Part shown: positions 49,080 through 60,561 of the stretch, in pieces
How positions within the stretch are numbered: position 1 is the stretch's first letter
Layout of the letters: every line of letters begins with the position of its first letter
IMG/VR virus record: IMGVR_UViG_3300020047_006293
DNA: 64,000 bases
Origin: an uncultured virus (IMG/VR IMGVR_UViG_3300020047_006293)
Lineage: Duplodnaviria; Heunggongvirae; Uroviricota; Caudoviricetes
Strand: one strand, 5' to 3'
The notes under the pieces: generated by a model
Database searches by the model: none
Told to the model about the DNA's origin: nothing
Seen by the model: the letters and a program-made list of their open reading frames with translations, nothing else
Position numbers and translations under genes: made by a program

Positions 49080-49821
49080 AAATCGTTATGAACAACCTCA
49101 CGGTAGGCGGCTATTTGCTGAGGCTGGCACTTGCGTTTCTGTTTGGAGTGTATCTAGGGGTGACGCTATGAGTAAAGTGAAATGTAAGTGTGGCGGTGAT
49201 ATATGCAAAGGTGCCTTGTGGATGGAAGAAGACCGTTATCTATGGGTTAGGTTCTCGGACACACATGAGAACAACGAGGAGCGTGAGGTACAGATCTTCA
49301 ATGGCATGGATATATCCACCGTCATAGAAATGCGAGACATGTTGAACGATGTTATAAAGCGAAAGGCGGGTCTATGAGTACCGACAAAGATGAGCTAGAC
49401 AAGCAAATCGACTGGATTGTAGCCGACCAGCAAGAGACATTAAATAAAGTAGCGCTAAAGAAGCGTATAGCCGCCCTCATATCCCAAAGAGAGCAAGCAC
49501 TACTACTCAAAATAGGGAAGGGCGACCCACAAAACCCTCTCGTATACCAGGCAAGAATCAGCCAGGAACTAAGCCGCCTAGAAGCCCTTACACCCCCTAA
49601 ACGAAAGGACGATAAGTAATGGCTAACCTAGCGTCAATATGCTCTGACAAGATGGACGCAATACCAAAATGGCAGTTCTGGCGTAGATGGGAGCGAGAGT
49701 TTTGGCTTGGCGGTATTTTGGCTGAGTATGCCAAGATAACTGACAGCAAAGCAGTAAATGACATTGCAGAGGCTATCTTTGATAAATATGAAGGTCGTAT
49801 CAAAAGGCAACGAAAGGATAA

Positions 49822-50331
<510 letters not shown>

Positions 50332-50689
50332 CCACCCCCTCACAACCTACACCACAGAGCGATAGTGAGCTGTTAGAGATAGTTGAACGTATACGCAGGG
50401 GGAGAATGCTCGACGAAGGTAGCAAGGTACCTGCTGATGAGGCTGGTATAGACAGAGATAAAGCAGAACAATTGTTGCTTCAATGGGCCGACCGCAGAGC
50501 AGAGAAGCTTGTGGTGGAGGCAGATGATAAAGCTCATCTGATAGGTTTTAAGAATGGCAAATGGGCGATGACAAAACGAATGAACGACCTGTGGTTTACC
50601 TTGATGATTGACGAAGTTGGATACAAGAAAGCGAGTGCGTACAGAGACGCAGTGAACGCCGCCCTTACAGCTATTAAAGAGGAGAGAGT

Positions 50690-50911
50690 ATGAGCGAAGT
50701 TACCGATGAGCTATACAGAAGTGCGTGTACCATATCAACTCAGATGGGATATGCAGCAACCTCACTGTTCCAGCGAAGATTACGTATCGGCTATGCGTTA
50801 GCAGCAGAGATAGTTGATCTGATGGAGGAAAGGGGATTCTGTGAGATGTTCAACCCAAATCGTCGAGACTCTGGGAAACGCAGGTTACTTAAGGAGCCTA
50901 GCCATGACTAA
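50690..50911 (+). CDS. Stand-alone FtsK gamma domain protein
   Basis: DELY...A(T/S)SLFQRRLRIGYxxAAxIVDLMEERG signature. Confidence 0.8.
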   Translation: MSEVTDELYRSACTISTQMGYAATSLFQRRLRIGYALAAEIVDLMEERGFCEMFNPNRRDSGKRRLLKEPSHD

Positions 50912-52120
50912 ACATACACAACGAGAAGAGCTAGAGACCCGAGAAGAACTATGGGAAAGAGCATACAGAGCTGGAGCAGGCGTTGACACGCTCTTAGCTA
51001 CGTTAGACGATGCTAGGGAGCATCTCATAGACACGCTTTGTTTACTTCTGTGGTCAAAGCCCTGGGCCTTATTGAAGGCCGAGAATAGCACAGCTCGACT
51101 ACGAGCAATCGCTAGGTTCATGCGTTACATCGACGCCCTCTCAGAAAAGCGAGCAAGTGAAGCAGTCCAAGCCTTCGGGGAGAAGGTGCTGAAACTGAAA
51201 CGTACTGAATGGCAACAGCTACTCTCATACATCGAAGACCGTGAAAGAGATGGCTGGTACTACGGCAATAAAGCACAATTTGAGAAACGACACGAACACA
51301 TCAAATCAGTTATAACCTCACTGATGGAGAAGGAAGTATGAGCAAGCACGTCCACTACTGGTTAGACACTGGCATATCTAGCGTACTTGTATTTCTGGAC
51401 GGTAAGTGGCGTTTTGACTGTTCAGTTTGTGGCAAACAAATATGGAGGCGCAATCAACCAGTAAACCCCCTCGTGCCGTCCGCATGGGATGTATATGAAG
51501 CAAGTGATAAAGAGTACACGATGTCACCACCGTTAGTCGTAGGGAACGAGACACAATTCGCCGAGGGTATGCGTTACGCCAATCTAGTACGAGGAGGCTC
51601 AAAATGACTGACGATAACCAAACACTCAGGGAGCTAAAGCGTATCGTTCGCCCCTACATCCTCGACGCAGCGCAGCCACGGGAGGTCGACCTAGACTATC
51701 CAGTAGACGGAAAAACGCACATGCTCTCAGAAGAACTCATGCAAGCCGTCACCGCTGATCGAGAAAGGGCAGTGAGGGAGGCGGAGAAGCGAGCAAGGAT
51801 AGATGAAGTGCTAACTATGCCTCACGAGCGTCGCCCTGAGCAACATGAGTTCAAAGATGGAGAGTTCACGGGCAAGTGCGACTGCTATAAGAGTCGTAGG
51901 TTGAAAATACTGAGAGCGGAGCTTCAGTCTAAAGAGGAAAGCACTAACAAATGAATAACTGTATTTTATGCTACTACGCTCAGTTGGGTATAAGTATGCC
52001 AACAATATCACCATTCGATACAGTATGCGGGGATAACCGACATCCATACAGTTCATATATGGTAGCAATCCAGAGTACAAGCCAAATTGCTCACGCTGAG
52101 TCTAAAGAGGAACAGAAACA

Positions 52121-52345
52121 ATGCTAAACGTCTACACCACCGACACCTGCTCACAATGTGCCCTCGTCAAACGTTACCTCACTCTCAACAAAATACCCTT
52201 TGAGACTATCGACGTAACCAACGACGAGAATACCCGTGACATGCTATATAGCCTCACTGGATACAGGATAGTCCCTATCACCACAAATCAAGCGGGTGAC
52301 AGGTTTGTGGTAGGGTTTAAGTCCGCTGAACTCAAGGAATTGTAG
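52121..52345 (+). CDS. NrdH-like glutaredoxin
   Basis: VYTTDTCSQC, VP and VGF motifs. Confidence 0.85.
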   Translation: MLNVYTTDTCSQCALVKRYLTLNKIPFETIDVTNDENTRDMLYSLTGYRIVPITTNQAGDRFVVGFKSAELKEL

Positions 52346-52572
52346 TGTATTTACAAACTCAAATATGCTATAATGAAGGAGTCAACGTGATACTTCCACA
52401 CAAGTATCTCATTTCTTAACGCTTCTATTTGGTGTCCAAAAGGCACCTACCCTGGGTTTTTCATAAGACCCTCCTTTATTTTGGACAAGCGGCCCATATA
52501 ACAAGCTTCTGCCGAGGTCTTGCTATGGTTTATGTTCTAAACCCCGCTGTCCAAATAGGGGCGTTAAATTTC

Positions 52573-52701
52573 ATGTGAGTAGTACGGAGCGAAAGCTCTT
52601 GAGAATTTTTCTAAGGCGGAGGAGCCAGTTGATCTACCACTACCTATTTTGGTAAGTGGAGCGCGAGATTGATCGGATCAACTCCTCCGTACTACTCACA
52701 T
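52573..52701 (+). ncRNA. Putative four-way-junction ncRNA, copy 2
   Basis: tgagtagtacgg/ccgtactactca; compensatory change relative to copy 1. Confidence 0.65.
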
Positions 52702-52757
52702 ACTTCACAATTCACATCTCATATGCACGGCCAAGTACAAGAATAAGGAACATACAT

Positions 52758-53105
52758 ATGCTCAATACAGCACAAGAAAAAGAACGCGCAGAGCAACCGA
52801 TGCGCGCATACAATCCGTTGATAAACAACGGAGCGTATTTCGTATTGGTTAGCCATCGAGAGCTAGATACTCTCATCGCTAGGTTTATGCACCTAGCTGA
52901 ACTAGACAGTGACATAGAACACCGCAACGCCATGAAAGGCGAGCTGAAATCAATCTCGCGAAATTGGCTCGATAATCTATACGAAGACGCGGGGTACAAG
53001 AACCATTGCCTTGACAACACTGGACAAGTAGTTGACTTAGTTGGTATGTCGACAGCACCAGATCAGCCCACATCGACCAAATTGCGGCTCCGCACCGTAA
53101 TCTAA
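52758..53105 (+). CDS. Hypothetical protein enclosed by an inverted repeat; homolog of 39406..39738
   Basis: AAGGA RBS before ATG 52758; shared motif. Confidence 0.75.
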   Translation: MLNTAQEKERAEQPMRAYNPLINNGAYFVLVSHRELDTLIARFMHLAELDSDIEHRNAMKGELKSISRNWLDNLYEDAGYKNHCLDNTGQVVDLVGMSTAPDQPTSTKLRLRTVI

Positions 53106-53153
53106 ACGGAACTAACCGCCTTGGCCGTGGTTACGAGATGTGAACAATTAACA

Positions 53154-53340
53154 ATTTAGTACTTCAACGAGGCAACCCACGGGAGGCCTAGCACATGTTA
53201 GGCATACTGAGGCCGCCAAATACAATAACTACCCTCCTTTGTTTGGCATATGTTTGTGAAAGAAACCTCAAGGGAACGAGCCAGATTATATTATCTTCAT
53301 TCTCGCTTCTCTCTCAGTATGTCTCGTTGAGTTACTAAAT
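53154..53340 (+). ncRNA. Putative stem-closed structured RNA
   Basis: atttagtacttcaacgaggca/tgtctcgttgagttactaaat and catactgag/ctcagtatg pairings. Confidence 0.5.
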
Positions 53341-54366
53341 AATCTTATGGGTAAAAGGTAAAGGGGGAATATGGCAACAGAAGGGAAAACACCGAGCGAA
53401 CTAACGCTCACCTTGGAGTTACTTATCATGCCTGACGGTAGGCGTGCGTTCTTTGTGCCCCAAGGTTATAACATCCAGTACATTGAAGGTGGACAAGCTT
53501 TAGTGTACGAGTCGCAACTTTTTGAAATACAAAGTGCTACCAAACTATGACCCCCTCCCAGACCCTACAAAAAGCCATATTTAAACCTCTTAAAAAGAGG
53601 ATACAGAGGTGGCTAGATATAAAGGAGGCACCAGCACAACCTAAAACTGATAAAGATGATCTGCAAAAGGTAATAAAGAAATTAGAGAGTGAGCTATCCT
53701 TTTGGAAAAACACATTTAGAAAGTATAGCCGTGTACCTTGCGCACACTGCAAAAAAGAAATGCATGTATACCCATATGGTGGCGCTTATTACGAGCGTAA
53801 CGGACAGAAGGTTCATGCTGCATGCTATGACGACTACCTGGAGACACAGAAATGACCGAACAATCCCCAGAACAATACTGGCAAGACAAACTAGAAGCCG
53901 CTGAAAAGGCCGCTGCTTACGCCCGCAAAATGCTAGAAGCCACTCACCTTGTAGATGAACCTAAGTTGTTTGGAGAAGAAGAATGAAAACGACGATACTC
54001 ATTTCCGAAGGTAGAACTCAGCTAGTACTACACCCACAGAGTAAACACGATAAGTCTGTTCTTAATATGTTGTCACAACTCCCGAACACGCATAGACGGT
54101 CTCTTTATGATAGGGCCGGTGGCTTTACTATGTTTGATAGCCCGGGTAGGGACTTTGAAGGTAAAGAGTTAGGGACTGATCTAATGATCGTATTTGATAC
54201 ACAAGTTGACATGGACAAAACCGATGACTAGCCCCGAAATCAAATCCCCCCTCCACCTCCTTCACTGCACTAAAGAACTCATAGGCATGAAAGCTATGGA
54301 ACTCTACCGACAATTTGGGGAGTTTATGGACGACGCGTTGGATATATGGCCAGAAGGTGAAGATGA

Positions 54367-55257
54367 ATGATAACCCACTACGACTTGTTCGCTGGAATAG
54401 GCGGCTTTTCACTAGCACTAGACGAGGTATTTTATGACGAAGAAATCAAACACATCTTCTGTGAATGGGAGTCATTCCCAACTGCAGTCCTCAAAAAGCA
54501 CTGGCCAGAAGGAATATACTATGGCGACATCGCAGAGCTTGTTGCCGACCTCGTTACCCACACCAACGACAAGAGATTGGAAGGGGGCGAGCGGTCGAGC
54601 CTACAAGGGCGAGGCACAGGACTTGCCAGGAACTTTACTATCGTTACCGGCGGTTTCCCCTGCCAACCATTCAGCCACGCTGGACGAAGAAAAGGAACGG
54701 CAGACGACCGCTACCAGTGGCCGAACATGTTTGAGGTTATACGAAACGTCAAGCCCGACTGGGTCGTCGCTGAAAACGTGCGTGGCCTCGTTACTTGGAA
54801 CGACGGCCTGGTACTCGAAACAATCTGCACTGACTTGGAAAGCGAAGGCTACGAAGTACAACCGTTTATTATTCCAGCTGTCGCCGTCGGTGCGCCGCAC
54901 AGGAGGGATAGAGTCTGGATTGTTGCCAACCGCACGAACGTCAGACGCAAAGGGCGGAGTGAGGCCGAACGATGGCAGGGCGAGGATAAGCCTAGCAACG
55001 GGGCAAAGGTATGGCTTGAACCTAGCAGACAAAATACATGGCCCAACTGGTCAAGAAGCTGGCAAGAAGTTGCGTTTGCAACCTGCCATGACGGAGTGGA
55101 TGATGGGCTACCCCGATGGATGGACGGAGTTACCATATCCGCCGCACGACATCGAAAGGAGCGACTAAAGGCTATGGGAAATGCGATAGTGCCGCAGGTG
55201 GTGATGGAGATATTCGCAGCCATAAAGAATGTAGATTATGGAGATCAAGATGACTAA
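54367..55257 (+). CDS. C5-cytosine DNA methyltransferase, alpha-type subunit
   Basis: DLFAGIGGF, GGFPCQPFS, ENV, HRRDRVW and GNAIVPQ. Confidence 0.92.
   Translation: MITHYDLFAGIGGFSLALDEVFYDEEIKHIFCEWESFPTAVLKKHWPEGIYYGDIAELVADLVTHTNDKRLEGGERSSLQGRGTGLARNFTIVTGGFPCQPFSHAGRRKGTADDRYQWPNMFEVIRNVKPDWVVAENVRGLVTWNDGLVLETICTDLESEGYEVQPFIIPAVAVGAPHRRDRVWIVANRTNVRRKGRSEAERWQGEDKPSNGAKVWLEPSRQNTWPNWSRSWQEVAFATCHDGVDDGLPRWMDGVTISAARHRKERLKAMGNAIVPQVVMEIFAAIKNVDYGDQDD
54434..55168 (+). CDS. Overlapping-frame methyltransferase beta-type subunit
   Basis: Nested +1 frame ORF with LPTPTTRDWK and LQPAMTEWMMGYPDGWT (motif IX-like). Confidence 0.7.
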   Translation: MTKKSNTSSVNGSHSQLQSSKSTGQKEYTMATSQSLLPTSLPTPTTRDWKGASGRAYKGEAQDLPGTLLSLPAVSPANHSATLDEEKERQTTATSGRTCLRLYETSSPTGSSLKTCVASLLGTTAWYSKQSALTWKAKATKYNRLLFQLSPSVRRTGGIESGLLPTARTSDAKGGVRPNDGRARISLATGQRYGLNLADKIHGPTGQEAGKKLRLQPAMTEWMMGYPDGWTELPYPPHDIERSD

Positions 55258-55925
55258 CCTCACCCGCAAATACCTCCTCGGGAGTGAAGAGTAATGGCTA
55301 AACACTACATACACCGCAAACTCAGCAAGAAAGAGCTCCTAGATGTTGCAACCATGCAGTACTTCATACCCACTGGTTCTAAACGCCGTATATACCCGAA
55401 TGACAAAAAGAAGATGTCAGACCTTAGCTCACACGGGATTAAGCCAAAACGAGAGACCCCAGGCTACAAGCTACTCATCATAGGCAAGATGTACCGTGAC
55501 CTACAGATCACCAGCTACAAAGAAGACATAGAGCTAGGTTTTTTCACTAAATACGAGATTATATCCTCCTTCCCTAAGAAACTACAGCCATGGATAGAGT
55601 CAAAGATAAAGAAAGTCCCCTATGACAGCAATGGTGACACCTCACGTATGTTCATAGGGATGTATAAGATAGGGGATTACTAATGGCTAACCTACGATCA
55701 GAAGACATCACAGATGTGTTTACCCAGTCCGGTATAGCCAAACTCAAAAGAGGCCAGCTCCTCCGATTCAACATGGAAGGAAGTATCACTGAGTTCATCA
55801 TCACCTACATCAACAAGAAGACACCTAGAGTCATGGCGAAACGTGTAAAGACCCTTACCCCAGATCAAGTGACTGTGGTAGATAGGAAAGACAATGCCAA
55901 TTCCTAAAGACAAGAAAGAAAATCG

Positions 55926-56540
55926 GTGGTAGACAAAACAGGAAAACGCCAGAATCGTAAGCCTACGCCTCGTCAAGAAAAGGCAGCTAAACTTATGGCA
56001 GAAAATATCAGATCTGACAAGCCCAAGAGTAAGGGCGATATTTTGCGTGAAGCTGGATACTCAGAAGATATGGCCGTTGCTCCTAACAAAGTAATAGATA
56101 GCCCTACATTCCAAGAGTTACTCAATAGCTACCTCCCTGACGAGAAACTAACGCAGACCCATAAACGCCTACTCGAAACACGCAAGATTGAACACATGGT
56201 ATTTCCTTTAGAGCATCAGAACCCCGACCAATTGTATGAGCCCATGCCGATTGTCCCAGAACTCATCAAGAAAGAAATAGCCGAGCACCAAGTATCAGAC
56301 AATCTGACCGACCAAGACATCATAGATATGCTTGCAGAGATAAATTGCAAAGTAAAGCGCATTATGCACGGTGAGACAGCTCGACATGTATGGTACTGGT
56401 CACATGATGCAAACGCACAATCTAAGGCGCTTGAAATGGCCTACAAGATGAAGGGCGTTCTGCAACCAAAAGCTGGTGATAATACTATCAATAACTTTGG
56501 TCAGATGCTCATTCAGCAAAAGGGTAAGTATGACGACTAG
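55926..56540 (+). CDS. Terminase small subunit-like protein
   Basis: PTPRQ...ILREAGYS HTH pattern; position before TerL. Confidence 0.6.
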   Translation: MVDKTGKRQNRKPTPRQEKAAKLMAENIRSDKPKSKGDILREAGYSEDMAVAPNKVIDSPTFQELLNSYLPDEKLTQTHKRLLETRKIEHMVFPLEHQNPDQLYEPMPIVPELIKKEIAEHQVSDNLTDQDIIDMLAEINCKVKRIMHGETARHVWYWSHDANAQSKALEMAYKMKGVLQPKAGDNTINNFGQMLIQQKGKYDD

Positions 56541-56666
56541 TATCTCTATCTATTGTCTCTGTGAGTGGTGTGAGAGCTACTTTGAAGTTAAAAAACGCCG
56601 TAAATACTGTACTCGCAAGTGCCGAGATGCAGCATATTACGATAGAAAGTCCGAGTAGACACCTAA

Positions 56667-57452
56667 ATGTACGAAAAATCAGCCCTTTTCATAGAAGATC
56701 AGCTCACGATCATCGACAAGAATGGTAATGAGGTAGACTTTCAACTCAATGCTATGCAGCGTAAGTTCGTCGAGGAAGCAACGGGCAAAGACATTATCCT
56801 CAAAGGCCGCCAGATGGGGTTCTCATCATTCATACTTGGCGCCTTTACTAAGGACTTTATCTTCAAAGAGAACAGCCTATCAGTGGTCATCGCTGACATA
56901 GCAGACAACGCACAAGACCTCCTAGGACGTGTTAAACACTACATACGAGCCTACGAGCAAGCGAACAACGTCAAAGTCCCGCTCAAGTACAACTCAAAGT
57001 ACGAACTCCAGAACGCCTACAACAACGCACGTTACATTATCGGTACAGCTGAGAACACAGAGTTTGGGCGATCTAAGACGATCACCAACCTTCACATGTC
57101 CGAGGCTGCCTTTTACAAACACTTCCGCAAGCTTCACGCATCAGCCGGTACGGCACTCACCCCTACTGGACGGTTTGTTATAGAGACTACAGCCAACGGA
57201 TTTAACGAGTTCAAATCATTCTGGGACGAGTCAGTGAATGGTGAGACAGGGTTTAAGGCTCATTTCTACACATCACATGGTTTCTATCCTCCTGAGTACA
57301 TAGAGAGCGAGAGAAAGCGTCTAGGACGATTGTTTGACCAGGAGCACCCAGAGACGGCCGAGATAGCGTTTATCACGTCTGGTGAGCTTTATTTTGATAC
57401 TGAGTCCCTCCGAGACCTCCTCAAACTAACACGGGAGCCTATGAAGGTATGA
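56667..57452 (+). CDS. Terminase large subunit, ATPase half
   Basis: LKGRQMGFS, LHMSE and ETTANG; homologous to 11523..12410. Confidence 0.88.
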   Translation: MYEKSALFIEDQLTIIDKNGNEVDFQLNAMQRKFVEEATGKDIILKGRQMGFSSFILGAFTKDFIFKENSLSVVIADIADNAQDLLGRVKHYIRAYEQANNVKVPLKYNSKYELQNAYNNARYIIGTAENTEFGRSKTITNLHMSEAAFYKHFRKLHASAGTALTPTGRFVIETTANGFNEFKSFWDESVNGETGFKAHFYTSHGFYPPEYIESERKRLGRLFDQEHPETAEIAFITSGELYFDTESLRDLLKLTREPMKV

Positions 57453-57655
57453 ATGAGCAGAACTTAGCTGAGGCTATAAAATCTCTACGTGAAGCGGGAG
57501 AAGTACGAGAGCCACTATATCTGTATGCGCCTACTGACGCTATCGCTGAGTACTTAAGCTCTGTTTATCCTGGCGTTGATGTACGTGTCACACCAAAAGA
57601 AATGATGCCGAAAGACACTGTTTTTGTATTAACGGGCGGTGAACATGAACTTTAG
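57449..57655 (+). CDS. Small protein between the two terminase halves
   Basis: 68 aa ORF overlapping both neighbours. Confidence 0.55.
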   Translation: MNEQNLAEAIKSLREAGEVREPLYLYAPTDAIAEYLSSVYPGVDVRVTPKEMMPKDTVFVLTGGEHEL

Positions 57656-58289
57656 ACGCTACCGTGACTACAAACCTGGTGAGTTCCTAGTTGTTGGCGT
57701 AGACACGGCCTGGGGCGGCACCGACTATTGTAGCGCCCAATTTCTCAGTAAGACCGAACTAGATGTACCCACTGTGTATCACTCAAGGGTTCTAGCAAGT
57801 GAAATGACCCCGCACATCCACGCAGAATTAGAAAGGATTTATGATGTCACAAAGGTCAAGCCTGTGGTTGCGTTTGAAAGAAACAATGGCGGAGTTGCTG
57901 AAATTGAGCGGCTCGCAACGCTTAACCGTAACGGCAAATACCGAATCTATACCGAAAAGTCTAACGTTGGAACTACTGAAGCTACAGGCGAATCCGTCAC
58001 GCTTGGATGGACTACAAGCTCTGCATCTCGACCTACTATGCTCGCAATGCTCAAAGAAATGGTTGACGGAAAGCTTGTACGTATATACGACAAACCAACA
58101 ATTACCGAAATGTTCTCATTCATCGTCTCCCAAACCTCAAGCAGCTGGAAAGCCCAAGCAGAGTCAGGAGCCCACGACGACCTGATCATGGCCCTCGCTA
58201 TAGCTTGGCAGCTCTACCAGACAGAGAACCCACCACCAAAGCCACAGAAGCTTCCAGAATACAAACCAATGAACTTTATGACCAACTAG
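57645..58289 (+). CDS. Terminase large subunit, nuclease half
   Basis: GVDTAWGGTD, FERNNGG and HDDLIMALAIA. Confidence 0.88.
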   Translation: MNFRRYRDYKPGEFLVVGVDTAWGGTDYCSAQFLSKTELDVPTVYHSRVLASEMTPHIHAELERIYDVTKVKPVVAFERNNGGVAEIERLATLNRNGKYRIYTEKSNVGTTEATGESVTLGWTTSSASRPTMLAMLKEMVDGKLVRIYDKPTITEMFSFIVSQTSSSWKAQAESGAHDDLIMALAIAWQLYQTENPPPKPQKLPEYKPMNFMTN

Positions 58290-58623
58290 GGGGTAAACGT
58301 GGAGTACGGCAAAAAGATAACAACTGAGTCCTACTTTAAGGGACAGCTCAAATCGACAAAGGTAGAGTACCAAATACCTGAAATGGTGATGGACGACGCA
58401 CAAGCTCTCACCGAGTTCATGAAGGGTCTCACTCTCATACGCAACAAGGAGACTGCTAAACTGCACGTGACTGTAGACGCTGACCCTAAGACCTTCTTTC
58501 TCAAATCAGTTACTTGCCGCTATGAGGTTGATGATAACTGATTGTACTCGCACTCTCTAAGTGGTATAATAAACACATAAAAGACATGCCCCGTCGCGGA
58601 TTGTTTTGTAAGGAAACAATCGT

Positions 58624-60561
58624 GTGGCAGTCTATCTTGAACAGTCTGATCTAAAGAACGCCTATTTTGAAGCCGAGCGCGTCGCTAAAGATTGGTACGC
58701 CCCCTTTGCAGAGTACGAACGACTTGCTGGTAACAAGCTCTCAAAAGAACTCGCAAAACATATGCCAAAGGTCAATGATGGCTCTTTGGCTGCTTCTTTG
58801 CTCGAAACTCCAATGCAGGTGCTCCCTAGCATGCAGCCAGGCAAGTTTACCTCAACTACCTCTAAGACGGCATGGGTTAACGAGCTTGCTAACATCATCT
58901 GGAAGACGAAGATTGTCCCTAACGCCAATACCCAGGCGTCCTTTTTCGATAAGGAACAAATAGCTTTATACCGCGCTCTTAAATATGGCGCACAACCTCG
59001 CTACAACTTCTATGTTTCTAACGAGACCTACAGTGGCTCTGACTGGTCACTCCCATACATAAAGAACCTCAAACTAGAGCCGGGTAAGTTCTCATTAGAA
59101 GACTGTGACTATGTTTTTCTTGATGTTTACTACACAAAACTCCAACTAAAACGAATCATTGAGCAGGCTAAAAAGGACAACAAAGCCGCCAAAGCTGAGG
59201 GCCGCAAACCAGATAACACCTGGAATCTCAACAACCTCCAAAAACTCGCTGACATGTCCATGACCTCAAAGGAAATGGAAGAGCAGAACATCAACGAGCG
59301 TGAGAAGCAGATTAACGCCTCGGGTATCAAAACTACCATCTGCTTTAACCGTGGTATCGGCGCCCCATTCTTTCTCTTTTCTAAGCACCTTGAAGAAGGT
59401 GAGCTTTTGCGTGAGTGGAAAAACCCCGACCCAACAGGCGATCTTCCTATTACTATGCAGTACTGCTACGAGACACTTGAATCTCCATACGGAATCGGTC
59501 GTGTTGAGCTTGCTGGCCCAACCCAGAACGTACTCGACTACATGACCCAGGCTCACGTCCTCGCTACACAACTAGGCCTCCAACCGGCCAAGAAACTCAC
59601 TGGTGACATCTCAAACACTAACCTCAACTCAATCGTCAACCGACCTGACGCGCTCTGGCAGATGGGAAATGCAAACATCGAGACCGTTAACCCAGCTTCT
59701 GGTATGTACGGCCAGTTCCCTAACACCTTCGGACTCTACAAATCACAGCTCCAGACCCTCCAGGGACGTACTGATGGCTCAGTCTCTTCTACATCAGGTA
59801 ACCCAACCTTCTCGAAGACTCAGGCTGGCGTCAAGATGCAGGAAGACCGCACTAACTCTCAAGACAACTACCTCCGCAACAAAGCTGACTCGGCAAGCGC
59901 GAAGATGGCCCAGAAGATGATGAACGTCCATATGGCACAGATGCAGGGTGCAGACCTCCTGGACATCGCAGAGGACGACCGTGAGCGACTAGTTAAAGCT
60001 GGATACTTCGACGATAACCCAACAACCGAAGACATCCCATCTATCAACGAAATCCCAATCCTCTACGATGAACTCCGCGAGACTTTTGAGTTTGAATACG
60101 ACCCACGACCTGAATCAGACGACGATGAAAAGAACCGCTGGCTTGAACTGATCGACATCGCAACAAGCAACCCTAACGTTATCCCAGCCCTCCAAGCGTC
60201 AGGTTATGAGTTCAACCTCGGCGAAGCATTTAAGAAGGTCATCTCTGCTTCCGGTGCTGATGGATGGGACAAAGTACTCGTCAAACTCGACCCAGAACAA
60301 GCGCAAATGATCGACCCTACTACCGGACAGCCAATCGACCCAATGGCTCAGGGGCAGTCTATAGAGAACCCACAAGAGCAGGGTGTGGACATGGGCCCAG
60401 AACTCCCAGCAGAAGGACATGAACAAGTCAACCCTGACATTCAAGACGCTATGGACATGTACGGTGTTGACCAACAAGCCGCTGCTGCAATCGTCATGGC
60501 GAAGCAACAGGGGTTCAGTGACGCCGAGATTATTGAGTTCTTACAAGGAGGTAACCAGTAA
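58624..60561 (+). CDS. Portal protein
   Basis: 645 aa after the terminase; PYGIGRVE and KTQAGV motifs. Confidence 0.75.
   Translation: MAVYLEQSDLKNAYFEAERVAKDWYAPFAEYERLAGNKLSKELAKHMPKVNDGSLAASLLETPMQVLPSMQPGKFTSTTSKTAWVNELANIIWKTKIVPNANTQASFFDKEQIALYRALKYGAQPRYNFYVSNETYSGSDWSLPYIKNLKLEPGKFSLEDCDYVFLDVYYTKLQLKRIIEQAKKDNKAAKAEGRKPDNTWNLNNLQKLADMSMTSKEMEEQNINEREKQINASGIKTTICFNRGIGAPFFLFSKHLEEGELLREWKNPDPTGDLPITMQYCYETLESPYGIGRVELAGPTQNVLDYMTQAHVLATQLGLQPAKKLTGDISNTNLNSIVNRPDALWQMGNANIETVNPASGMYGQFPNTFGLYKSQLQTLQGRTDGSVSSTSGNPTFSKTQAGVKMQEDRTNSQDNYLRNKADSASAKMAQKMMNVHMAQMQGADLLDIAEDDRERLVKAGYFDDNPTTEDIPSINEIPILYDELRETFEFEYDPRPESDDDEKNRWLELIDIATSNPNVIPALQASGYEFNLGEAFKKVISASGADGWDKVLVKLDPEQAQMIDPTTGQPIDPMAQGQSIENPQEQGVDMGPELPAEGHEQVNPDIQDAMDMYGVDQQAAAAIVMAKQQGFSDAEIIEFLQGGNQ

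Noticed and set aside
52656..52757. Longer GTG start for the stem-enclosed ORF
   Set aside because: Runs through the ncRNA and the left arm; the homolog and the RBS support ATG 52758
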